DNA of 64,000 nucleotides from Vulcanimicrobiota bacterium (GTDB lineage Bacteria; Vulcanimicrobiota; Xenobia; Xenobiales; Xenobiaceae): NCBI GenBank assembly GCA_944322965.1, contig CALUQR010000006.1, positions 38,456 to 102,455 of the forward strand, read 5' to 3'. Shown piece by piece: positions 56,914 to 64,000 of this stretch (position 1 is its first letter; each line of letters starts with the position of its first letter). The notes under the pieces were generated by a model. It saw only the letters and a program-made list of their open reading frames with translations, ran no database searches and was not told where the DNA came from. The position numbers and the translations under genes were made by a program.

Positions 56914-58275
56914 CTACTTACTAAACTTCATCTCCAGCGGCACGCCCACAAATCCGAAGGCCTCGCGCAATTGGTTCTCCAAGTAGCGCCGGTAAGAGAA
57001 GTGGACTAAGTCGGGAGAATTGCATTTGAAAGTGAAGCGGGGCGGGGGGTCGGGGCGCTGGGAGACGTACTTAATCTTCAAGCGCTCGCCCTTATAGCTG
57101 GGCGGGGGACGCAGGGCGACCGCCTCTTTAATAACTTGATTGAGGACCGGGGTGGGGATGCGCCGCCGGGACTCGTCGTAAGACTCTAAAGCGGCCTCTA
57201 AGATCTCGTCTTCACCCTCGCCCGTCAAAGCCGAAGCGAAGACGACGGGGGCGTAGGCCATAAATTCTAAGTCCTGACCTAACTTCTTAACAAAGCCTTT
57301 CTTCCACTCCTCTACCTTTTGGGCGTCGGCCTTCTCGCCCGCCAACTCGCGCACTAAGTCCCACTTATTGACGACGATGACCGTGGGCTTCTTAGCCTCT
57401 AAGATGTCGCCCGCCACCCGCTTATCTTGGGCCACTACCCCGTCGCGAGCGTCTAAGATGAGGATCGCCACGTCGGCCTTCTCCAAAGATTGGGAGGCCC
57501 GCAAGCTGGAGTAATACTCGATACTCTCCTCTACTTTAGCCTGGCGGCGCAGACCTGCGGTATCGACTAAGCGCAGATTGCGCCCCTCGTAAGTGATGGG
57601 GATCTCCACCGAGTCTCTAGTAGTGCCCGCCTGATCGTGGACGATACTGCGCTCATGACCCAAGAGGCGGTTGAGGGTGGAGGACTTGCCCACGTTGGGA
57701 CGACCTACCAAAGCGATGGCTACCTCCTGCTCTTGGCTGGGCTTAACCTCGGGCGGCAATTTCTCCAAGATGGCGTCTAAGAGGTCGCCCGTCGAGAGGC
57801 CGTGGGCAGCGGAGACCGGGAAAGGATCGCCCATCCCCAGGGCATAGAACTCTACCGCGTGGCTTTCGACCTCTAAAGTCTCGGCCTTATTGGCGATCAA
57901 CAAGATGGGCTTCTTGTGGCGGCGCAAGACTTGGGCCACCTCTTCGTCTAAGGGCTGGACTCCAGTCCGAATGTCGACTACGAAGAGGACCAAATCGGAC
58001 TCCTCTACCGCCACTTGGGCCTGACGGTGGATATCGCGGCGCAAGATGTCGGGGTCGGTGGGGTCGATGCCGCCCGTATCGCAGATGGTAAAGGTACGGC
58101 CCCGCCACTCGCAGGAACCGTAGATGCGGTCCCGCGTCACTCCGGGGGTATCCTCGACGATGGCCTGACGCTGACCGGTCAAGCGGTTGAAGAGGGCCGA
58201 CTTGCCCACGTTGGGCCGCCCTACTATAGCTACCATCGCCTGGCCGCTGAGACGCGGCTTAGCTTTACTTTCCAT
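56914..58275 (-). CDS. der: Ribosome-biogenesis GTPase Der/EngA (tandem GTPase domains plus KH-like domain)
   Basis: Two G1 motifs (GRPNVGKS x2). Confidence 0.9.
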   Translation of the reverse strand: MESKAKPRLSGQAMVAIVGRPNVGKSALFNRLTGQRQAIVEDTPGVTRDRIYGSCEWRGRTFTICDTGGIDPTDPDILRRDIHRQAQVAVEESDLVLFVVDIRTGVQPLDEEVAQVLRRHKKPILLIANKAETLEVESHAVEFYALGMGDPFPVSAAHGLSTGDLLDAILEKLPPEVKPSQEQEVAIALVGRPNVGKSSTLNRLLGHERSIVHDQAGTTRDSVEIPITYEGRNLRLVDTAGLRRQAKVEESIEYYSSLRASQSLEKADVAILILDARDGVVAQDKRVAGDILEAKKPTVIVVNKWDLVRELAGEKADAQKVEEWKKGFVKKLGQDLEFMAYAPVVFASALTGEGEDEILEAALESYDESRRRIPTPVLNQVIKEAVALRPPPSYKGERLKIKYVSQRPDPPPRFTFKCNSPDLVHFSYRRYLENQLREAFGFVGVPLEMKFSK

Positions 58276-58320
58276 AATTATCTAATCCCTAATCTAGATC
58301 TAAAGAGGCCCAACGCCCCC

Positions 58321-58995
58321 TCAGGGCGGACCTTGGGCCTGGAGCTGGGCGATAGCTTCCATCACCCGCTCACAGAGTCGCTTCATAGCCTCGGGCGTAG
58401 GTTTCTCCATAGCCTCCACCTCCAAAGGGGGACCGAAGCGGATGCCCAGAGGCTTACCGTTGGGGATGCCATAACGGCGCCCCGTCTCGTAAGTATTGAA
58501 GAGGCAGGCGGGCACGATGGGGGTCCCCGCCTTGAGGGCCATCATCGCCACTCCCAACCGGGCCTTCTGTAACTGGCCGCTCTTAGAGCGCGTCCCTTCC
58601 GGGAAGATGCCCACTAACCTACCGCCGCGCAAGAGCTGGATAGCCTGATTGACCGACCGCCCGTCCTTAGAGTGGCGATCGACCCAAATGCAGCCGCAGC
58701 CCGCCAAGATAGGCCCTAAGAGGGGGATCTTAAAGAGCTCCTTCTTAGCTACGAAGTGGACCTGGCGGCCGGTAATGGAGATTCCCACTAAGGGCGGATC
58801 TAAGAGCGAGACGTGATTAGAGGCTACTAAGGCCCCGCCCTCAGCCGGAATATACTCCAATCCCACTACCCGATAGCCGTAAAGGAGGCGGTACCAAAGC
58901 TGTACCAACTTACGACAGAAGCGGTAAAGGAATTGGCGATAGGCTGCCGGCTTAGCGCAAATTTTGGCCCACTTAGAGCTCAAATCCTTAAGCAT
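58321..58995 (-). CDS. plsC: 1-acyl-sn-glycerol-3-phosphate acyltransferase
   Basis: The NHVSLLDPP (HxxxxD) and FPEGTRS motifs. Confidence 0.8.
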   Translation of the reverse strand: MLKDLSSKWAKICAKPAAYRQFLYRFCRKLVQLWYRLLYGYRVVGLEYIPAEGGALVASNHVSLLDPPLVGISITGRQVHFVAKKELFKIPLLGPILAGCGCIWVDRHSKDGRSVNQAIQLLRGGRLVGIFPEGTRSKSGQLQKARLGVAMMALKAGTPIVPACLFNTYETGRRYGIPNGKPLGIRFGPPLEVEAMEKPTPEAMKRLCERVMEAIAQLQAQGPP

Positions 58996-59716
58996 GATCT
59001 TGGGGCCGCTCCTGATCTGCGCTAGCCCTCTCCGCTTCGTGCCAGGCCCGGTACTTAGTACTAATTAAGTCTACTACCTGCTGAGCGTCTAAGCGGCTGC
59101 AGTCGATATACTCCGCCCGCTCCGTCTTCCGTAAAGGGGAGTCCTGACGGTGGGTATCTTGGTAGTCGCGGCGCTCTAAGTCGGCTAAGACCTCCTCTAA
59201 GGTAATGGGATCGCCCTTAGCCCGCAGCTCCTCCCAACGCCGCTGGGCGCGCGCGGAGGGCGAAGCGTCTAAATAATATTGTAACTGGGCCTGAGGCAAG
59301 ACGACGCTACAAATATCGCGCCCCGCCATCACCACCCCGCCCCCGCGGGCCATCTCCTGCTGGCGGCGCACCATCTCCCGGCGCACGGCGGGTACCGCCG
59401 CCACCTTAGAGACCGCCCGATCGATAGCGGGGGCGTGGAGTTCCTCCGTAATATCGCGCCCATTTAAATAGAGGCGGCAGCCGCTAGGAAGCGCAAAGTC
59501 GGGCTCTAGACGCATATCTAAACCTAAAGCCAACTCCGCTAAGCTCTGACTATCCTCTAAATTTAGGCCCCGACGCAGAGCCTCCCAAGCGACCGCCCGG
59601 TACATGAGCCCCGTATCGATATAGAGTAAATGCCAACGCTGAGCTAAGAGACGAGCTACGGTCGTCTTCCCGCTGGCGGTCGGTCCGTCGATAGCGATAT
59701 TTACCTCTGCTTGCAC
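58988..59716 (-). CDS. cmk: Cytidylate kinase
   Basis: The P-loop IAIDGPTASGKTT. Confidence 0.85.
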   Translation of the reverse strand: MQAEVNIAIDGPTASGKTTVARLLAQRWHLLYIDTGLMYRAVAWEALRRGLNLEDSQSLAELALGLDMRLEPDFALPSGCRLYLNGRDITEELHAPAIDRAVSKVAAVPAVRREMVRRQQEMARGGGVVMAGRDICSVVLPQAQLQYYLDASPSARAQRRWEELRAKGDPITLEEVLADLERRDYQDTHRQDSPLRKTERAEYIDCSRLDAQQVVDLISTKYRAWHEAERASADQERPQDHA

Positions 59717-59848
59717 TAAAGCCTCACTCCCCGCCGCCCGCCCTCAAGGGCGGGCGGCTCCAAAATCAGGTGGAATTCTACACTCTCTAGCCTCAGCCTG
59801 CCAAGAGGGAGCAGGCCTCCCTAGCTAGACGTAAAAAGGGGGCTCCCC

Positions 59849-60442
59849 ATGAATAGAGCTATCTTTGTCGATCGCGATGGAACCCTCATCGAAGAGGTCA
59901 ATTTCTTAAGTAAACCTAGTCAAGTGCGCTGGATCCCCGGCGTCTTAGAGCGCTTAGCCCAACTCTACCGCCAAGGTTGGCAGATTATTATGGTCACCAA
60001 CCAATCGGGGGTAGCCCGCGGACTCTTTACCTTAGAGGACGTCCAGGCCGTCTACGCCTTTATGCAAAGCCAACTAGAAGAGTACGGCGGCCGCTTCCAA
60101 GCGATGTACTGCTGCCCCCACCATCCCCAATTCTCCCTTACGGAAGCTGAGCGCCACTGTAGCTGCCGCAAACCTCAACCTGGAATGTACCTCCAAGCCC
60201 AAAAGGATTGGGATCTGGACTTAAAGCGCTGCGTAGCCTTTGGCGACAAGTTGAGCGACCTCCAAGGGCCCCTCCAGTTAGGCTGCCGCGCCTTCCTAGT
60301 GGGGACGGGCTATGGGGCCGCGGAGCGCCTTCAAATAGACCCCGCCCGTTATCCGCAACTAGAATTTTGTAGCGATCTGAGCGCCGGATTAGAGCTCCTC
60401 CTCCCCGCTCCAGAGCCCCTCCTTAAGCACTCGTCCCCTTAA
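59849..60442 (+). CDS. gmhB: HAD phosphatase, GmhB-like (D-glycero-D-manno-heptose-1,7-bisphosphate phosphatase family)
   Basis: FVDRDGTLI motif I and the zinc-binding Cys cluster CCPHHP...CSCRKP. Confidence 0.7.
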   Translation: MNRAIFVDRDGTLIEEVNFLSKPSQVRWIPGVLERLAQLYRQGWQIIMVTNQSGVARGLFTLEDVQAVYAFMQSQLEEYGGRFQAMYCCPHHPQFSLTEAERHCSCRKPQPGMYLQAQKDWDLDLKRCVAFGDKLSDLQGPLQLGCRAFLVGTGYGAAERLQIDPARYPQLEFCSDLSAGLELLLPAPEPLLKHSSP

Positions 60443-60615
60443 GGAGCCAGCCCGCTAACTGCCCCTCTCGCGCCTTTCCGGGATCGATATTTATCCCGGA
60501 ATCTGGCCAATAAAATGTAAACTCTGTACACATTTCGTTAATTGTAGGGTAGCTAAATTTATAATAAAATTAGCTCACTACCTGTTATCAACTGAACAAG
60601 GAGTGAGACTTAGCT

Positions 60616-60894
60616 ATGACCGAAGCTACCCCAACTCCCTCCCGCCAAAAAGGTAAACACTTAACTTTGGAGGATCGACTAGCTATCCAAACCCTCTTCC
60701 GGGATGGCAGGACGATCACGGAGATCGCTCGCTTGCTCAATTGCGTCAAGAATACTATCCGCCGCGAACTGGTGCGCGGGAGAGTCTTAGACGCTCAAGG
60801 TAACCCCGATTACGACCCTCGTTTGGCCCACGACCGCTACTGTCTCCGGCGTCTGGCCTGCCACCGTCCCCCTCGAGTAGCATCCCCAGATTAG
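60616..60894 (+). pseudogene. Remnant of an IS30-family transposase: the N-terminal HTH only (92 aa), with no DDE domain
   Basis: GKHLTLEDRLAIQTLFRDGRTITEIARLLNCVKNTIRRELVRG matches the IS30 N-terminal HTH pattern (HLTxxER..I......G.S..EIAR.L.R..STISREL.R). It is preceded by an AT-rich region. Confidence 0.45.
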
Positions 60895-60957
60895 GAACCC
60901 TGACTTTCTCGAAGTATGCGGGCTCTACGCCAGGATTTAAGCCCCTAGATCCGGAAA

Positions 60958-62199
60958 ATGGCGCCCATGACTAAGAACATCGACTCCCTCACCGATCCCA
61001 GCCAGCTCTTAGAGTTAGCCGAGGAATTGGAAGACAACGATCAACTTACCGAAGCTCTGCAGGCCGTAGAGAAAGCCATTAAGCTCGATCCCCAAAACGG
61101 CAAGGCCTGGTGCAGTAAAGCCAGCATCCTGCAAGATATGGATCAGCCCGGCGAAGCTTTCCGCGTCCTCACCCAAGCCTGCAAGGATCTGCCCAACAAT
61201 TTAGACTGTCTCTTCAATCTGGGCGCCTTCCTGAGCGAACATGGCAACGTCAGCCAAGCCTGCGGTTGCTTCGATAAGATCAACAAGTTGGATCCCAACT
61301 ACCCCAAGATTAAGGTCCACCTGGGCAACGCCTTCTTGAAGTTGGCCCTCTGGCCCCAAGCTATCGAGTGTCTGGGCGAAGCGCTGCAGACTGAGCTCGG
61401 CCCTATGGACAAGGCTCGCGTTCTCAACCATATCGGGGAAGCCCACATGAATAATTTGGACCCCGAGAAGCCCGAAGAGAATAAGCGCGAACTGGAGAAG
61501 GCCAAAGAGTACTTCGACCAGTCCTTGGAGCTCAACCCCGACGATTACATCCCCGTCGGCAATATGGCCATGACCTTCTGCCGTCTGGGCGAACCGGAAG
61601 CGGCTCTCAAAGTCTTAGAGCCCGCGCTGGCCAAGTTCCCCACCCAGGCTAGACTCTACGTCATGCAGGGTATCACCCTCTCCCTCATAGAGGGACGCCA
61701 GAAAGAGGCTCTGGCCGCCTTCGATAAAGCTATCGAACTGGCGCCCGATAACCCCGACCTCTGGTTCCACAAGGCCCACTACTACGTGCGCCGCCAAGAT
61801 TTCGGCCAAGCGGCGGAGATCTTCGAAGAGGGATTGCGCAAACACCCCGAGAGCGGAGAACTCCACCTCCAGTACGGCTCCTTATTGCGCCACATGCAGC
61901 GCATCCCCGAGTCCGTACAGCACCACCGCCAAGGGCTCAAGCTGTTGGGACGCCTGGTCCACTGGGGCTTCTTCTTCGTCGACGAGAATAATAAACCCGT
62001 CGAAGGGACGAATATCGCCATCGAGTCGGATCGCCTCATCCCCCGCGAGAAGATCGCCGAGCAGTACTTCAAACAACTGCAAGCCCAAGGGCATACCGTC
62101 GATAAAGACGGCAAGGTCGACGGTAAATACCGCGTAGGCATGACCGAAGTCCCCGAGGAACGCCTAACCTACTCCGAAAACCTGCGGGAGCTTAAGTAA
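60958..62199 (+). CDS. TPR-repeat protein
   Basis: Multiple 34-aa A/L/G-patterned repeats (KAWCSKASILQDM..., LFNLGAFLSEHG...). Confidence 0.7.
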   Translation: MAPMTKNIDSLTDPSQLLELAEELEDNDQLTEALQAVEKAIKLDPQNGKAWCSKASILQDMDQPGEAFRVLTQACKDLPNNLDCLFNLGAFLSEHGNVSQACGCFDKINKLDPNYPKIKVHLGNAFLKLALWPQAIECLGEALQTELGPMDKARVLNHIGEAHMNNLDPEKPEENKRELEKAKEYFDQSLELNPDDYIPVGNMAMTFCRLGEPEAALKVLEPALAKFPTQARLYVMQGITLSLIEGRQKEALAAFDKAIELAPDNPDLWFHKAHYYVRRQDFGQAAEIFEEGLRKHPESGELHLQYGSLLRHMQRIPESVQHHRQGLKLLGRLVHWGFFFVDENNKPVEGTNIAIESDRLIPREKIAEQYFKQLQAQGHTVDKDGKVDGKYRVGMTEVPEERLTYSENLRELK

Positions 62200-62207
62200 A
62201 CTAAAAA

Positions 62208-62240
62208 GAACTCTCTCGTTTCACGAGAGAGTTCTTTTTA
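62208..62240. terminator. Hairpin terminator (agaactctctcg ttca cgagagagttct followed by a T-tract) after the TPR gene
   Basis: A perfect 12-bp inverted repeat flanked by aaaaag / ttttta. Confidence 0.65.
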
Positions 62241-62245
62241 GTTTA

Positions 62246-62694
62246 CTAATTCGGAATTCGTAATGCGTAATTCGGAGTTCGCTAAGCCGCCGATACGGCG
62301 ACTTAGCAATGCGGAATGCGTAATTCGTAATTAGGCAGCTCCTGTAAGTAGCTTGGCGGATCCGGAAGTAGCTGAGCGCACGAAGACAATCGCTGGCAGT
62401 TTCACTGCCTTTTGAGGGCTCTGGTTTAGCGATTTGGTTCTGGCCCCAAAGCTTCGTTTGCGTTTTGCTACCCAATTGAGGCCTTTAGAACGCTTGTCCA
62501 ATTGGACCGCGCGGCCCCCGGCCGCGCACACCAAGACGATTTTCCCCCTTAGCCAAGCGTCCCTCGGAACCGCCGGTCATCCCCCCAAGCCATCTCGCCC
62601 CTATCCCACAGCCGAAACTAAAGTTAGAGACACGCCCTCGCCTCTCGCCGCACCATCCCCTAATTCCGCATTCCTAATTCCGAACTACGCATTG
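62246..62694. repeat. MITE-like element copy 2. Its terminal inverted repeats are made of AATTCGGAATTCGTAATGCGTAATTCGG / CTAATTCCGCATTCCTAATTCCGAACTACGCATTG. The internal part is homologous to copy 1.
   Basis: Segments shared with 36900-37110: atcgctggcagtt(c/t)cactgcctttt, cccggccgc(a/g)c..caccaagacgattttccc, cggaaccgcc. Confidence 0.6.
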
Positions 62695-62699
62695 TCCTT

Positions 62700-62882
62700 T
62701 CCCCCAGCCAAACAACTCACGAAGTCAGCCAGTCATTCCCCCAAGCTATCTCGCCCTTAAGTCCTACCAAAACCAAAGTTAGAGCCCCGCCTCCATCGCC
62801 GCCGGTAACCCAATTCCGAATTCCGCACTCCGAATTCCTAATTGCCGCCGAAGGCGGCGCCCGTATTCCTAATTCCGCATTG
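62700..62882. repeat. Partial third copy of the right half of the MITE-like element. It is followed by a gttgccgccgccgcaggcggcggcaac hairpin (62882-62908) that abuts the stop codon of the minus-strand gene.
   Basis: ...aaaccaaagttagagcc...caattccgaattccgcactccgaattcctaatt...taattccgcattg parallels 37070-37183. Confidence 0.5.
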
Positions 62883-62910
62883 TTGCCGCCGCCGCAGGCG
62901 GCGGCAACTT

Positions 62911-63576
62911 CTACTTCTCCTGGCCGATGATTTCTAGTTTATTGCGTTTAATATACTCTAAGCGGTTATAGTATTTTTGGCGGTAGGTGTCGGCGGAGCT
63001 GATGGCGGCGCGTAGAGAGGCGACGCGATCGTAGACGTGGGAGGGGATATGCTCTTCCGTATCAGAGTAATAGGTAGAGCTTCCGGAGGCGAATCGATTT
63101 TGGTAGCTAGAGGTCTCGACGATCGTCGTCTTGGGAGCCCGCTCTCGGGCGTAGACGGAGAGGGCGCTTAAGGCTTGGTGGCGAGCCGTTACATACTCTA
63201 GGTAGGAGGCGTGTAACTGGCGCAGGGCGCTGCTCTGGGAGGTAATTTCGCCCGCTAAGGAGAGTTCTTCCTGACTTAGAGGCAAGATATTCTTATCGAT
63301 AAAGTTAGCTAACTCCTCAAATTGGAGGGAATTGCTCTGAGCCACTAGGTAGCGGACGTCATTATCCTTCTTCTCTACCGCGCGCATCCGCCACATGTAG
63401 TCGTTAAAGATCTTCCCTACCCGCTCTCGTTCCGCCCGCTGCAAGGCGTCGCGGTCCTCTAGTTCCACTACCTCATACTTGACCGCCGGTAAGCGTTCCG
63501 CAGCGCTGGGGCAGACTAAGCCCCATCCCACTAAGAGACAACCTATCCCCCAAAACCATACGCTCTTCATCCCCAC
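62911..63576 (-). CDS. Hypothetical exported protein (signal peptide)
   Basis: The N-terminus MGMKSVWFWGIGCLLVGWGLVCPSAA. Confidence 0.45.
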   Translation of the reverse strand: MGMKSVWFWGIGCLLVGWGLVCPSAAERLPAVKYEVVELEDRDALQRAERERVGKIFNDYMWRMRAVEKKDNDVRYLVAQSNSLQFEELANFIDKNILPLSQEELSLAGEITSQSSALRQLHASYLEYVTARHQALSALSVYARERAPKTTIVETSSYQNRFASGSSTYYSDTEEHIPSHVYDRVASLRAAISSADTYRQKYYNRLEYIKRNKLEIIGQEK

Positions 63577-63661
63577 TTTAACTCCCTCCTTAAAAGAGAG
63601 AGTCTCCCCCCTCCAGATCTAGGATCTAGAGGCCTGGGAGACTCCGATTGAAACTAGCAAC

Positions 63662-63997
63662 CTAGAACTTACTCTCCACCAGATCGCCAGCCTGTACCTT
63701 ATCTTCGGCCTCCACCTTGATGATCTGACATTCGCTGCTCTCTTCATCGACGTTGAGGACCTGAATCTCAGCTACCGTCTTCTTAATCTTGATAGTACCC
63801 TTCTGCAGATCGCGACGGACATTGAAGACTAATTTCGGGGTAATCCCCTGCTTAGCGCCTAAATTGATATAAGCTTTATCACCCTCTACGTAAGCTACGA
63901 AACCCGTATACTTGACCTTCGCCGGTAAACTCTTAAATTTCACCGTCTCCAGCTGCTTAGCTAAATCGCTGGCAATAGCGTAGTAGACGTTAGCCAT
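63662..63997 (-). CDS. Hypothetical protein (111 aa)
   Basis: An ORF only. Its start lies at the window edge. Confidence 0.35.
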   Translation of the reverse strand: MANVYYAIASDLAKQLETVKFKSLPAKVKYTGFVAYVEGDKAYINLGAKQGITPKLVFNVRRDLQKGTIKIKKTVAEIQVLNVDEESSECQIIKVEAEDKVQAGDLVESKF

Positions 63998-64000
63998 GGC

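Overview
This is a 64-kb window from a roughly 60% GC bacterial chromosome. Leucine is unusually often encoded by TTA/TTG, and 'ttagag' is very frequent. Core housekeeping genes are rimI-tsaD, a YfcE-like phosphoesterase, a YqeG-like HAD phosphatase, thiI, an M16 peptidase, clpX-clpP-tig, a tRNA-Lys/Leu/Gly/Gly cluster, an M32 carboxypeptidase, fmt-def, der, plsC, cmk and gmhB. Three accessory blocks stand out. (1) 3.4-19.7 kb holds a three-gene PUFA-synthase-like secondary-lipid cluster: a PfaD-type enoyl reductase, then KS-MAT-4xACP-KR-DH, then KS-CLF-AT-DH-DH. As I recall, this is the myxobacterial pfa1-pfa2-pfa3 layout, but without the terminal AGPAT domain and with no PPTase in the window. 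(2) 19.7-36.8 kb is a co-directional minus-strand island. It carries a type 4 BREX-like operon (brxP, brxC, pglZ, brxL). Immediately upstream sits a 1704-aa internally repetitive protein of unknown function. Immediately downstream are a small CxxC zinc-ribbon gene and a cysteine desulfurase that overlaps it by 8 bp. Both island edges carry the same TAAGCTAATTCGGAAT motif, and a low-GC patch spans brxP and the 3' end of the giant gene. (3) 37.2-41.4 kb holds two tandem paralogous genes, each encoding an N-terminal coiled region, RTX-type GGxGxD calcium-binding beta-roll repeats, and a C-terminal HExxH domain that looks NleD/M91-like. They are followed by an ~80-bp tandem repeat array and an adjacent histidine kinase/response regulator pair. 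A MITE-like ~350-450 bp element built from AATTCGGAATT/TACGCATT motifs occurs at 36.83-37.18 kb and 62.25-62.69 kb, with a partial third copy at 62.70-62.88 kb. An IS30-type transposase N-terminal remnant lies at 60.6 kb.
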